Numbered from the stretch's first letter, positions 1 to 10,654 are shown. The stretch is 64,000 bases of DNA from an uncultured delta proteobacterium (GCA_963842085.1 CAWJET010000002.1:1-64000); one strand, 5' to 3'. The notes: generated from the letters alone by a model not told the origin. Numbers and translations: made by a program.

Positions 1-980
1 CGCCCCATGTGAGCGTTAGCGAAGAAGACATTCGAAGGACGCATCCTTGGGACTATGGTGGAGTCGACGGTGAGACGACGGTATCGAGATTTCAAAATCG
101 ACTCGAAATACCACAGTCTCAACAAAAGCCGCTGATCGCGAATGCTGCGTGAAAAATCGCGATACCTAGACCCCGGGAATTCCTAGAGGAGCGCGAAAAA
201 GGATTGACAATCCGAATATCATTCAAGTATTTGATTAGCACTACACCAAGAAATAAGAGAGGTCTCACAAGGTACAAAAGTCGAGAAATACGATCGGAAT
301 GGTGTGCCTCGAAGAAGGGCGGCGAAAAAGTCAGGCGTTGGCACTTCTACCGAGGATGTAGTCGGCTGCATGCTGCGTGCGCGGCGGCGTCCACCAGGAG
401 CCTACGATTATCGCGGAAGTTTTGGAGCCAGCCGGCCACGTACGCCGCCTGATTCTCGATGACTGCGGTTGAGATTCCGGCTTCGGCGCGCAAAGGTAGG
501 CGGCTCCCATTTCCGCGCACAATTCTTCTTTTGAGTAGACCGCGGAACCGAACGGAGCGACTTCGCAAATGCCTTCTCGCGCAAGGCGCTTCTGATGACC
601 GGGCGCGGCGGTCATGCAGCGCTGTGGCGTAGTATTCTTCAGCGCTCGCGAAAAGCTCGCGCGGTGGCAGAGTGATTCGATCGGTGATTGGGCTGTAGAA
701 TGCTTTGAGCCGCGTGCTGAATCTCCGGCGGGTTGGCATTGCGGCGATGATTCGCTCGGCCGCTTCGATCGGATCGTGCTCGTGCGTCTCGACCTTCGGC
801 AGCTTGTCGAGGACTGCCTGCGGAAGCTCGCATTGTTCGAGGTCGAAAAGACGGGGCCTATAGTATCTAAGCAAGAACCTGTTCTCGGCGCGCCTTCGCG
901 TCGGCCGTCTCGTTGTCGAGGTCTTCCGTGCTCTGCTTCGCATCGTCAACCTTCCAGAAAACGACGACCGTGCTTTCCTC
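1..980 (-). repeat. Indel-rich inverted duplicate of ~1277-2257 (3' part of ardC plus 3' end of the DUF3644 gene); probable fold-back or chimeric-read artefact
   Basis: Base 1 cgccccatgtgagcgttagcgaagaagac is the reverse complement of ~2229-2257. The match runs to ...acgacgaccgtgctttcctc (~980) with many small indels that break the frames. Confidence 0.9.
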
Positions 981-1070
981 ACCACGCAACGGGAGAGCCG
1001 CGAAAGCGGTTCTCCCTCGACTATCGCAAATCACAATCGGAGACTACGGAAATGGACATCGCTACGCAAC

Positions 1071-1925
1071 GTGACCGACAAGATAATCAATCTACTTGAA
1101 CAAGGCGTTGTGCCTTGGCGCAAGCCGTGGACCTCGGCCGGACTGCCGCGCAACCTTGTGAGCAAGAAGCCATATAGAGGCATCAATCACTTTCTGCTTT
1201 CCGCATCGAAATATGTTTCACCGTTCTGGCTGACGATGCGCCAGGCCAACGAATTGGGCGGACACGTCCGCAAGGGCGAGGAAAGCACGGTCGTCGTTTT
1301 CTGGAAGGTTGACGATGCGAAGCAGAGCACGGAAGACCTCGACAACGAGACGGCCGACGCGAAGGCGCGCCGACGGTTCTTGCTTAGATATTATCGCGTC
1401 TTCAACCTCGAACAATGCCAGCTTCCGCAGGCAGCCCTCGACAAGCTGCCGAAGGTCGAGACGCATGAGCACGATCCGATCGAAGCGGCCGAGCGGATCA
1501 TCGCCGCAATGCCCAACCAGCCAGAGATTCAGCACGCAGGCTCAAAAGCGTTCTACAGCCCAATCACAGATCGAATCACTCTGCCGCCGCGCGAACTTTT
1601 CGCGAGCGCTGAAGAATACTACGCCACAGCGCTGCACGAGACCGTCCACAGCACCGGCCACCAGAAGCGCCTTGCGCGAGAAGGCATTTGCGAAGTCGCT
1701 CCGTTCGGTTCCGCTGTCTACTCAAAAGAAGAATTGTGCGCGGAAATGGGAGCCGCTTACCTTTGCGCCGAAGCAGGAATCTCAACCGCGGTAATCAACA
1801 ACCAAGCGGCCTACGTGGCCGGCTGGCTCAAAAAACTTCGCGATGATCGCAAGCTGCTGATTCACGCCGCCGCGCAGGCGCAGCATGCGGCCGACTACAT
1901 CCTCGGTAGAAGTGCCAACGCCTGA
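1071..1925 (+). CDS. ardC: ArdC-family ssDNA-binding antirestriction protein (DUF1738 plus zincin-like domain); true start may be ATG ~1052 with a frameshift
   Basis: PWRKPW, YRGIN, W.T..QA.ELGG.VRKGE, HETVHSTGH metalloprotease-like motif, YSKEEL.AE. Confidence 0.9.
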   Translation: MTDKIINLLEQGVVPWRKPWTSAGLPRNLVSKKPYRGINHFLLSASKYVSPFWLTMRQANELGGHVRKGEESTVVVFWKVDDAKQSTEDLDNETADAKARRRFLLRYYRVFNLEQCQLPQAALDKLPKVETHEHDPIEAAERIIAAMPNQPEIQHAGSKAFYSPITDRITLPPRELFASAEEYYATALHETVHSTGHQKRLAREGICEVAPFGSAVYSKEELCAEMGAAYLCAEAGISTAVINNQAAYVAGWLKKLRDDRKLLIHAAAQAQHAADYILGRSANA

Positions 1926-1997
1926 CTTTTTCGCCGCCCTCTTCGAGGCACACCATTCCGATCGTGTTCTTCGACTTTGTACCTTGTAGAGCCTCTC

Positions 1998-2984
1998 TTA
2001 TTTCTTGGTGTAGTGCTGATCAAATACTTGAATGATATTCGGATTGTAGAAATCCTTTTTCGCGCTCCTCGGATTGCCGGGGTCTAGGTATCGCGATTTT
2101 ACCAGCGCGGCGTTCGCGATCAGCGGCTTTCTGAGACTGTGGTATTTCGAGTCGATTTTGAAATCTCGATACCGTCGGACAAGTCTCGCCGTCAACTCCG
2201 CATAGTCCCAAGGATACGTCCTTCGAATGTCTTCTTCGCTAACGCTCACATGGGGCGCTGCAGGATCGTCTGTGACAAACACAGCTGCGGCCGCGTCGAT
2301 CTTCGAGCGTTGAAAGGACAAGTTTACATTAAGTGAAACGTGATAGTCGGGAGGATCGGCGTCAATCCCTTGTTGCGCTAGCGTAGTCAGAAATCCGACT
2401 AGGTTCTTTTCGTCGCGACTTGTCGCCAACGCGGTGGCGGTTGTCGCATGACCCAGAAAGCCCAGAGGCATCAGAAAGAGACTATAGTGCGAAAGGTCGC
2501 GTTTGAACCATTTGATTGTGAGAGTCATGTAGTTCCGGACCGCCGCTGTCCCGATCTCCAGAACCTGCTTTGCTAGTTGCGCGCCGGCGTTAAGATAATG
2601 CGCCGCGTTGTCGCGAATCTCGATTAGGGCATCTAGATTCGCCTTGATTGCAGCATCCAGTCGTGATGCGGCACTCGCATCAAGCAAGACGATCGCCTGT
2701 CCCAAAGATATTGTTACAGCGTTACCTGAACGGTTCTTCTTGATGTATTCTTTGCTTGAAAGCGTGCCGTCGCGTTTCGGACGTTTCTCGCGTACAAAAA
2801 TAGCCTTCGTGTCGTTGCCGGCGTCTGCCAGTACCTTCGCCTTGAGGAGGAGTTCCCACGCGTTTAGCGCCAGTAGTGCAAATGTCTCTTCTCGGTATTT
2901 AAAGTCCGGCTTGTTATAGATCTCAATCGCCGAGATCATCGCCGCCTCGGACTTCTCCACTAGGTTTATGTATCGATTGCGCAA
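1998..2984 (-). CDS. DUF3644-family protein with HEPN-like Rx4H motif
   Basis: N-terminal KSEAAMISAIEIYNKPDFKYREETF..L..NAWELLLKA typical of DUF3644; IRDNAAH gives R-x4-H. Confidence 0.75.
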   Translation of the reverse strand: MRNRYINLVEKSEAAMISAIEIYNKPDFKYREETFALLALNAWELLLKAKVLADAGNDTKAIFVREKRPKRDGTLSSKEYIKKNRSGNAVTISLGQAIVLLDASAASRLDAAIKANLDALIEIRDNAAHYLNAGAQLAKQVLEIGTAAVRNYMTLTIKWFKRDLSHYSLFLMPLGFLGHATTATALATSRDEKNLVGFLTTLAQQGIDADPPDYHVSLNVNLSFQRSKIDAAAAVFVTDDPAAPHVSVSEEDIRRTYPWDYAELTARLVRRYRDFKIDSKYHSLRKPLIANAALVKSRYLDPGNPRSAKKDFYNPNIIQVFDQHYTKK

Positions 2985-3117
2985 AGATTATGGTCAGGTT
3001 TTAACATGAATCACCCCTCTTCCCATACAGGATGCCCGCCACGGCTAGTGTCCGATAAGGGATACGTATCGGACCCCAACGCCATTCGGACAGCAGCCTA
3101 CCTGTAACTTTGGAAAT

Positions 3118-3149
3118 TATCTGGCGTAAAACTTTGCGCGCTATTTGGC
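3118..3149. repeat. 32-bp imperfect direct repeat, copy 1 (copy 2 at 4145-4176)
   Basis: tatctggcgtaaaactttgcgcgctatttggc vs tatttggcgctgaattttgggcgctatttggc, 26/32 identical. Confidence 0.6.
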
Positions 3150-3323
3150 ACGGGTGATCCTCTTCAAAGGCAGTCGCCCCCCATCTGAGTCCCAACTTCC
3201 AGTTATGCCGACAATCCGGACACAGATACCCCAGAAGCAGGGAAGACAGTCAAGCGGATGTCGCTGTCCGTTCTCTTGGAAAGCAGCGCCAAATCCTGAG
3301 AGACCAGGTCGAGCGGGGCAGTG

Positions 3324-4040
3324 TTAAACGTCGTATGCCAGGGAATAGTCAGCAGGATGGATGACGATGACGCGGTCCCATTCCGGGTGTGATAGCTTTA
3401 GAGTCTGATCGTCTGCAGGCCTGCCGTCAATGATGAAATCGACGAGAACGAGCCACCATTTCGGGTACTTTGATTTGTACCGTGCGATCTTCGTGGTTTT
3501 CTCAGCGATGCAGAGCGAGATGTTCTTCTCCAGTTCCTCGTTCACCCATCCGCCCCGGTCGTCGTCAGAGTCGCCGATCTGCACGAACGTCTTGGGGCCG
3601 GGCTTGCTCATCCGAGTGAACTCAATACGAAAGTGAGCGTGTAGGACGACCTCGTGTTTCCTGTCCGCGATTGATCCCGACTGAAGCTTCAGCAACTCAT
3701 TCTTGACAGTCGGTTCCCACTTCATCGATGGAAACGGTCTCTTAATTCTCGCGAATACCATCCAACTGACTCCGTTGCTCGGCGCTCCGAATGAATCGAG
3801 AAGTCCTGTCAATCTCTTCGCGACCGGGACTTCTGCGGCCTCCAGGGGGATCTCATCTCCCGCTGGCGATGTCCAATGCTGGTTAAGCCGTCGGACTTCA
3901 ATGGCAATCGTCTTCTGCACCAGAAAATCCGGTGGAACGCTGCCGTCAGGCTCAAAGTTGATTTCGTGCGCCGGATAGCCGCAATGCTTGAGGTAGTTTT
4001 CCGCCATTACCTCTTCTTCCTTCATCTTCCGACTGCTCAT
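3324..4040 (-). CDS. Hypothetical protein, possible PD-(D/E)XK nuclease fold
   Basis: 238-aa ORF; PPDF-x7-EVRR resembles a restriction-endonuclease-like active site. Confidence 0.5.
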   Translation of the reverse strand: MSSRKMKEEEVMAENYLKHCGYPAHEINFEPDGSVPPDFLVQKTIAIEVRRLNQHWTSPAGDEIPLEAAEVPVAKRLTGLLDSFGAPSNGVSWMVFARIKRPFPSMKWEPTVKNELLKLQSGSIADRKHEVVLHAHFRIEFTRMSKPGPKTFVQIGDSDDDRGGWVNEELEKNISLCIAEKTTKIARYKSKYPKWWLVLVDFIIDGRPADDQTLKLSHPEWDRVIVIHPADYSLAYDV

Positions 4041-4144
4041 CAGGACATCGTCTCCTGCACCGCTTTGTTGCCACCCATCGTACTATGCGTTCGTCGTTAT
4101 GCCGACGCCCCAAATCCCGGCTGGATGGGTGTAATTTTGATCAC

Positions 4145-4176
4145 TATTTGGCGCTGAATTTTGGGCGCTATTTGGC
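4145..4176. repeat. 32-bp imperfect direct repeat, copy 2
   Basis: Matches 3118-3149 at 26/32 positions. Confidence 0.6.
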
Positions 4177-4306
4177 GAATACCTGCCCACACGCTACCGG
4201 CCCGAATCTCTGAAATTGTCGCTCCGGAGGTTTAAATTTTAAACGGCACTTGGACCCGAAACGCAAGGATTACGGATCGCTCCGCGCGGGTCACCGCGAT
4301 TGACGT

Positions 4307-5346
4307 TCACCCTGCTCGGGTGATTTTGCGTGCTTCTTTGTCTGCCTGCAATGCTACGAATCTCGCGTGACGGAGGTGGTTATCGAGGGTCCATTCAAGG
4401 AACTCGATCGCCGCGACCAGTTGCGGCTTGAGCCAGCGGCATCTCTTCATGTCGTCGGCGGTTAGCCCGTCGCCCCATCTGCCCTTTCCGGATTCGGGAA
4501 GATTCCGAAACGGGCATTTGGAGATCGACAGACCCTCGAAATTCGAGAATACCGTCCGACGCGAAGCTGGTGTGAAGCCGTTCCGAATTCGGCCCGCATA
4601 CATCAGCTCGCTTCCCTCGTAATATCCGACCAGGATCGAATCAAAGGTTGTCGAGCCAGGAATGTATCCACCGATCACCAGTTCCTGAACTCCGATTCGC
4701 GCGTACCTTCACCCAGGCTCCGGACCGATCTCCGGGCTTGTATGAGCTGTCGCGGCGCTTTGCCACGACGCCCTCGAGTCCATTGGAGCGAACTGCCGCC
4801 ATCAGTTCCGCTGCTGAAGCGTCGAAGGTCTCGGAGAAGCGAATCGTGTCAGGCAACTTTGAAATCAGCTCGCGAAGCATCTCGCGACGCGTCGCCAGAG
4901 GCTTGCTGCGCAAGTCCGCGCCGGCGAGCACCGGCGCATCGAAAGCGTAGAAGAGAATCGCCGCGGCGCCGTCTCCGAAATTCTGGAGCGAGCTGAACGA
5001 CAGGCTGCCCATCGCCGTTTACAGCGACGATTTCCCCGTCGAGAACAGTCTCGACCGGCAACGCTTCGAGGGCGCGCGCGACGTTCGGAAAACGGCGCGA
5101 GAAGTCCCGCTTGTTTCGCGACCAGAGTTCGACGCCAGCTTTCGTCCGAACTCCGATGGCTCGATAGCCGTCGAGCTTTACCTCGTACTGCCAGGCCGGA
5201 CCTTCCGGCAGCTTCGCCACCGCGAGGCAAAGCATCGGCTCAACAAATTCGGCCGCCGCTGTGGACGAACTCACATTAGCGTTTTTCCCGTTCTTCGTTT
5301 TGACCGCCCCTCCGAAAGAGTATCCGAGCCCGCCGATTCTGGTCAC
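4307..5346 (-). pseudogene. ATP-dependent DNA ligase (LigD/LigC-type ligase domain) split into three frames by two frameshifts; pseudogene or sequencing error
   Basis: YEVKLDGYR (KxDG), VLDGEIV, EGVVAKRRDS.Y.PG.RS..WVKV, IGGY, WLKPQLVA.IEF.EWT....LRH. Confidence 0.85.
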
Positions 5347-5380
5347 TCGATCCAGTCTTCTTAGTTCGGGCCCGGTTGAC

Positions 5381-5400
5381 TACCACTCAATTGAGTGGTA
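5381..5400. promoter_or_regulatory. Perfect 20-bp palindrome, putative operator of the LexA-like repressor, abutting a TTGACT -35 box
   Basis: TACCACTCAATTGAGTGGTA is its own reverse complement; 19 bp before the lexA ATG; TTGACT at 5376-5381. Confidence 0.75.
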
Positions 5401-5419
5401 ACTATCTGCTTGGCCGTCG

Positions 5420-6055
5420 ATGGAGGGACTTACTCGAATGCAGGAGCTCGTGCTGGGCGCCTTACGGCAACGGGTCGAGCGGAGTGATCCGCCTCCGACC
5501 TATCGCGAACTCTGTCGGGAGTTCGGTTGGAGATCGACCGGCACCATACGCGATCATCTTCGAGCGCTCGCTCGCAAAGGTTTCGTGCAGCTTACTGCCA
5601 GACATCGGGGTGTCCGCCTCCGTGAGGACCCACCCTCGGCCGGTTTCGTGCCACTAGTAGGGCGCGTGGTCGCCGGTGTGCCCGTCATCTCAGAGCAAAA
5701 CATTGAGCAACGGCTCGCCGTGCCCAAGGAGTGGACGAAACGAGGCAGTCCGTTCGCTTTACGGGTGGTGGGCGACAGCATGCGCGATGCCGGGATTACT
5801 GAAGGCGACCAAGTGATCGTTCGTCAAACCTCTACTGCCCAAGATGGCGATATAGTGGTTGCGACTATCAACGGCGAGACAACGATAAAACGCATTCGAT
5901 TGCGAAAAGGGCGCGCTACGCTGTTCGCAGAGAATCCAGCTTATCGACCAATCGAGGTCCCGGCTGGCGATACGGTAATTCAGGGCGTCGTCGTCGGACT
6001 GCTGCGCTCATACCAGGAAAATGCTCATGGACGCACCTCGAGGCGCGGTTCATAA
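5420..6055 (+). CDS. lexA: LexA-family repressor with intact autocleavage motifs
   Basis: PPTYRELC..FGWRS winged HTH, GRVVAGVP (Ala-Gly site), GDSM catalytic Ser, TTIKR catalytic Lys. Confidence 0.92.
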   Translation: MEGLTRMQELVLGALRQRVERSDPPPTYRELCREFGWRSTGTIRDHLRALARKGFVQLTARHRGVRLREDPPSAGFVPLVGRVVAGVPVISEQNIEQRLAVPKEWTKRGSPFALRVVGDSMRDAGITEGDQVIVRQTSTAQDGDIVVATINGETTIKRIRLRKGRATLFAENPAYRPIEVPAGDTVIQGVVVGLLRSYQENAHGRTSRRGS

Positions 6056-6080
6056 AGTGTGCTCACCAAGGTGACCCGGC

Positions 6081-7001
6081 GTGAGTCCGCGAAAAAAAAT
6101 TGAGAAAGGCCACTCTTTCGGAGGGCCTTGGACGACCGCGAAACTCAGTGTGATCGCGGAATACCTCAAGAGTTACACCACCGCACTGAAGGACAAGCCC
6201 TCGAAGGATCGTCCGTTCAAAAAGGCATATATCGACGCGTTCGCAGGAACCGGTTATCGCGACGTTCATCGAGAGGACGCTGGCCAGAAATCGCAGAGTC
6301 TGCTGCTTCCGGATCTCGCCGAGCGAGAGCCTCAGGAATTGCTTGATGGCTCCGCCCGATTGGCCCTCAAGACCGAGCCCCGGTTCGACAGCTATGTGTT
6401 TATTGAGCGGAGCCCAATGCGAACGGCGCAGCTTGAGGCCCTTAAATCTGAATTTCCGGATCTGGCAAGCCGCATTGAGATCCGACAAGGCGATGCAAAT
6501 CTGGAAATTCAGAAACTATGCCGGAAAGACTGGAGTTCACACCGCGCCGTCTTGTTTCTCGATCCATACGGAATGCAGGTTGACTGGAAGACCATCGAAG
6601 CGGTCGCGGGAACCAAAGCGATCGATCTATGGATACTCTTTCCGCTTGGCATCGGAGTGAACCGCCTACTCACCAGGTCTGGAGATATTCCGGAGTCGTG
6701 GCGGAAACGCCTCAACCTCCTCCTCGGAACGGAGAGTTGGTACGAGGAATTTTATCGCGTTGAGCGAGAGTCCACTCTATTTGGTGAGGCCGACCACATA
6801 GTCAAGGCGACAACCGAAACCATCGGTCGCTATTTCAACGAACGCCTCAAGGGGATTTTCGCCGGCGTTGCGGACCAACCGAAGGTCCTCCGGAACAAGA
6901 ACTGTCCTCTGTATCTCCTTTGTTTTGCGGTCGGCAACAAAAACGGCGCTCCAATCGCGCTGCGTATAGCAAATCATTTGCTCAGAGAGGCAGTGCGCTG
7001 A
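6081..7001 (+). CDS. tcmP: Three-Cys-motif partner protein TcmP (SAM-methyltransferase-like fold)
   Basis: [42 protein letters not shown]; overlaps the downstream DUF5131 gene (TGATG). Confidence 0.8.
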   Translation: MSPRKKIEKGHSFGGPWTTAKLSVIAEYLKSYTTALKDKPSKDRPFKKAYIDAFAGTGYRDVHREDAGQKSQSLLLPDLAEREPQELLDGSARLALKTEPRFDSYVFIERSPMRTAQLEALKSEFPDLASRIEIRQGDANLEIQKLCRKDWSSHRAVLFLDPYGMQVDWKTIEAVAGTKAIDLWILFPLGIGVNRLLTRSGDIPESWRKRLNLLLGTESWYEEFYRVERESTLFGEADHIVKATTETIGRYFNERLKGIFAGVADQPKVLRNKNCPLYLLCFAVGNKNGAPIALRIANHLLREAVR

Positions 7002-7723
7002 TGGCTCAAGGTTCTGGGATAGAATGGACGGAATCCACATGGAACCCCGTGACTGGTTGTACCAAGGTCAGTCCGGGCTGCAAGCACTGTTACGCAGAAC
7101 GGATGGCCGAAAGGCTTCTGGCGATGGGCCAGGAGAATTATCGAAACGGGTTCAGGCTGACCTTACAGCCACACATGTTGGACGTACCGCTGCGATGGAA
7201 GAAGCCGCAAACTATTTTCGTCAATTCGATGAGCGACCTCTTTCATAGGGACGTACCGATCGATTACATCGTTCGCATCTTCGATGTGATGCGGCGCGCG
7301 CACTGGCATCGCTTTCAGATCCTGACGAAGCGATCCGATCGTCTTCTCCAACTCAGCCCGCTGCTCGATTGGACGCCCAACATCTGGATGGGCGTGAGCG
7401 TTGAAAACGACGAATATCGTGGGCGAATGAACGATCTCCGCAAGAGCGGAGCGCTCCTCAAATTCCTCTCACTTGAGCCGCTTCTCGGCCCTTTGTACAA
7501 CCTGGACCTCCGCGGGATCGACTGGGTGATTGTCGGTGGCGAGTCTGGCTGGGGAGCCCGAGCACTCGATCCGGCCTGGGTAGTCGATCTGCGGAATCAG
7601 TGCCTAGATTCTGGAGTGCCCTTCTTCTTCAAACAATGGGGCGGCAGGAACAAAAAGAAGGCCGGCAGACTGCTCGATGGCAAGACTTGGGATCAGATGC
7701 CGGCCACTGCGATGTTTGCGTAA
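7001..7723 (+). CDS. DUF5131 / phage Gp37-Gp68 family radical-SAM-like protein
   Basis: [24 protein letters not shown] (Cx6Cx2C), [33 protein letters not shown]. Confidence 0.92.
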   Translation: MAQGSGIEWTESTWNPVTGCTKVSPGCKHCYAERMAERLLAMGQENYRNGFRLTLQPHMLDVPLRWKKPQTIFVNSMSDLFHRDVPIDYIVRIFDVMRRAHWHRFQILTKRSDRLLQLSPLLDWTPNIWMGVSVENDEYRGRMNDLRKSGALLKFLSLEPLLGPLYNLDLRGIDWVIVGGESGWGARALDPAWVVDLRNQCLDSGVPFFFKQWGGRNKKKAGRLLDGKTWDQMPATAMFA

Positions 7724-8047
7724 GCGAGACCATTCGCGGGTATCACCACATTCGCGATAGCGCCAATAAATCCGGAAATAGTTGGTATCCAAGTTGGGCG
7801 GATCTATTTCTTCGCGAAATGTCGGTTTCGCCTATGTGGAAAACGCGCGAAGATCTGCGTCCGACCGATAGACCGCATCGGCTGGCCCGCTCATCACGAT
7901 CTCCTGGTTTGCGACGCACACTCCGAGCGGCTCATAGCACGGGCTAGGGTCCAAACAGCTCGACGTTTCGATTCGGGACTAAAGGCACCCGCAATTAGGG
8001 GGGTGCGAGCGCATCTCTATGCCGCCTCGAGAACACCGGTCTTGCTG

Positions 8048-8284
8048 CTAGGAATTCAACAGCCGCTCAAGTCGTTCTACGCGAACATGCGGTGGCAGCA
8101 GGATTCTATTCTCAAGCAGGCACCTTTCGGCATGGCCTCCGTACTCGATTCTGTAACGCCGCCATCCGCGGAGCTCGCTGGGGAGAGCATCGGGGTTCAT
8201 GATGAGTTCTTCGGTCACGTCAACGTAGAGTCGGTTCTTAGGTTCTTTCCGCAGAGAGCTGGCTTTCCGCTTTGCCTTTTTCAT
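8048..8284 (-). CDS. Small hypothetical protein
   Basis: 78-aa ATG ORF with no recognised motif. Confidence 0.4.
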   Translation of the reverse strand: MKKAKRKASSLRKEPKNRLYVDVTEELIMNPDALPSELRGWRRYRIEYGGHAERCLLENRILLPPHVRVERLERLLNS

Positions 8285-8445
8285 CTCGGGACCCCACTTC
8301 GCAACATCTCCGGAGAGTCGCTATTGTAGCATCGCACTCCCGGTCCTGTGGGCTACTCAGCGGCGCGAGCTTTCAGCCGGCTCTGGATCGGGTTACTTTG
8401 GAATCGGCAAACGAGCGCGAACACAAATCAGAACGGAGATGAATC

Positions 8446-8817
8446 GTGAAGAGCATGCGCAGGCCACGTGCAATTATCCTGGACACGACTGATAGAAACG
8501 GGTTTTTCGATCCCGAGAAGGTAGCGGACCTGCTCGATTGGACCCCAGACGAAGTGCGCCAATATCTCGACCAACAGCCGTTAAGCATCCCGAAGCGTGT
8601 CACAGTCTCGGCGACCCATGTGAGGCTGCATTCTCTCGCTACGCTCATTCAGGAGGTCTTCGAACTCATGCGCGAGGATATCTACGAGATGCGCGCATGG
8701 TTCCAAGCTCCAATCAAAGCGCTGGACGGTCGGTCGCCTCGGGACATGATTCTCGCTGGCGAGTTAGAGCGAGTCTCCGCTTTGGTTGACGAGACTGCTG
8801 GCGGGTTCGCCCTCTAG
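8446..8817 (+). CDS. Xre/MbcA/ParS-type antitoxin (DUF2384-like C-terminus); no adjacent RES toxin
   Basis: RAWFQAPIKALDGRSPRDMILAGELERVSALV matches the W...P..AL.G..P.D motif. Confidence 0.7.
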   Translation: MKSMRRPRAIILDTTDRNGFFDPEKVADLLDWTPDEVRQYLDQQPLSIPKRVTVSATHVRLHSLATLIQEVFELMREDIYEMRAWFQAPIKALDGRSPRDMILAGELERVSALVDETAGGFAL

Positions 8818-8979
8818 CGGCGAACCTTCCTCCGGCACAGCAGCGCCCGGCTATTTCCATCGGGCGCGGTCGTGAGGACGCGGCCAGACACCGCGCCTGT
8901 TCAATTCCTCAATTTCTAGATACTACCCGACCTGCCACGCGCGGCGAACAATCTTAAGTCTGTCCAGCCAGTGATGGGC

Positions 8980-9192
8980 TCAAGATTTCTGAAAGAAATC
9001 CGCGACCTGCACATCGAGAGCTCGGGCGAGTTTCACGATTGTGGTCAGCGAGGGGCTGCGTTTGCCGCGGAGAATCTGCGACAGGTGCCCTTTCGAGAAG
9101 TCGGTTTCCAGGTAGAAGCGGTCCAGCGAGCCGTATTTCTGGATCACGATCTCGCGTAGCCTTCGACGGAATAGAGCCTCCTCGTTTGCCAC
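8980..9192 (-). CDS. XRE-family HTH regulator
   Basis: SKGHLSQILRGKRSPSLTTIVKLARALDV. Confidence 0.8.
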   Translation of the reverse strand: MANEEALFRRRLREIVIQKYGSLDRFYLETDFSKGHLSQILRGKRSPSLTTIVKLARALDVQVADFFQKS

Positions 9193-9294
9193 ACCGCGCG
9201 TGTAGCAAAAGAGCGTCGGCCTGGCGTTTGCAATTGCAAACGCTCAGTGATGGATGGAACGATCAGTGGCCCCGCGACGCGAGGCGAAGTTTCT

Positions 9295-10278
9295 TCACGA
9301 GCTACCATTGCGGCCGTTACGATAAGGGCGGCCGTTGGAATGACCATTCGTCTCGTGCACGCTGTAGCGTTCGGGTTGCTTGTATAGAGTTCGCCGTCCG
9401 ACACCGAGGATTTGTGCGGCCCGCGACTTGTTGCCACCGGCAAATGGTATCGTTCGGGCAATCAACTCGTTTTCGACCTCCTCCAACGTGGAGCCAAGCC
9501 GAACCGTGAAGCCCAGCCTCGGCCCCGGTTGAGAGGAAAGCTCTTTCGGCAGATCACCAATCGACAGCATCGGCGACTTGGACATGATCACGGCGCGCTC
9601 GATCGCGTTGCGCAACTCGCGCACGTTGCCCGGCCAGGAATGAGCCTTGAGCGCGTCCAGGCAATCCGGAGCGATCCCCTCGAACTGCCTTGCCGATGCT
9701 CCCGGTTAAATGCGCGGATGAACTCTTCGGCCAATAACGGCACATCCTCGAGCCGGTCGCGCAACGGAGGAAGTTCGAGCGACACAACGTTCAGCCGGTA
9801 GTACAGGTCAGCGCGCAGTCGGCCCTCGCGGATGGCGCGCTGAAGCGCGACGATTGGAGGCGGCCAGAATCCGCACATCGACCGCAACCTCCCCGGAGCC
9901 TCCAAGCCGCGAAATCTTCTTATCTTCGAGAACGCGAAGCAGTTTGGCCTGCATCTCCGGCCGCATCTCTGTGATCTCGTCGAGCAGAAGGGTTCCGCCG
10001 TTCGCGCGTTCGAAACAGCCTTCGCGACGGCGATCCGCGCCCGTGAAGGCGCCGCGCTCGTGGCCAAACAGTTCGCTTTCGATCAGGGTCTCAGGAACGG
10101 CCGCGCAATTGATGGGGACGAAGGGCCGGCTACGGCGCGGCGATTTGTCGTGGATTGCGCGTGCGGCCAGCTCCTTCCCCGTACCGCTCTCGCCAGTAAT
10201 GATCACCGGCGCGCTCGTGGGAGCGGCTTCTTCGATCAGGCGTATGGCCCGGCGTATCGCTAGCGACTGACCAACCAA
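9295..10278 (-). pseudogene. Sigma54-dependent activator (AAA+ plus Fis HTH) with no N-terminal sensor; two apparent frameshifts
   Basis: [36 protein letters not shown], (W)[21 protein letters not shown] spread across ORFs 9808-10278, 9588-10067 and 9295-9624. Confidence 0.85.
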
Positions 10279-10562
10279 TTTTCGCTCGCGAGTAAAAAAT
10301 CAAACCCCGCCTCCTCCGCACAGCCGAGGCGTACACATAGTAGGACTGTGGATAACCTGTCAACAGATCGGTTCTTGTTTCTGTCCGGCTGTTAACAAAA
10401 TCTTAACGACCTCGCGGAAAGACGTTCTAGCGTGGCTCTGCCGCGTTCGTCTGATCTCAAACGCCGAACCAAGAAGAGCGATTGCGCGCTGGGCGAGAGC
10501 GAGCGAGGAGGCGACTCGCGCCTCGACCAACAGCGGGCGTTCGTGTGCGAGTCCTCCAGGCC

Positions 10563-10654
10563 GCAGTGTGCCGATTTTGCACACTGCATCGGCGAAATCG
10601 CCGAATCAGCTAAGCTTCTCGGGCGCTTTTCGCCAAGTGTGCAGAAAGTGCACA
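10563..10654. promoter_or_regulatory. Two TGTGC-N7-GCACA palindromes, putative enhancer (UAS) sites
   Basis: gcagtgtgc-cgatttt-gcacactgc (10563-10587) and tgtgc-agaaagt-gcaca (10638-10654). Confidence 0.65.

Noticed and set aside
331-985. Second ardC copy as a DGR template/variable repeat or an invertible shufflon segment
   Set aside because: Differences include many indels and are not adenine-specific; the copy extends into the neighbouring gene; no reverse transcriptase or invertase is present. A read artefact fits better.
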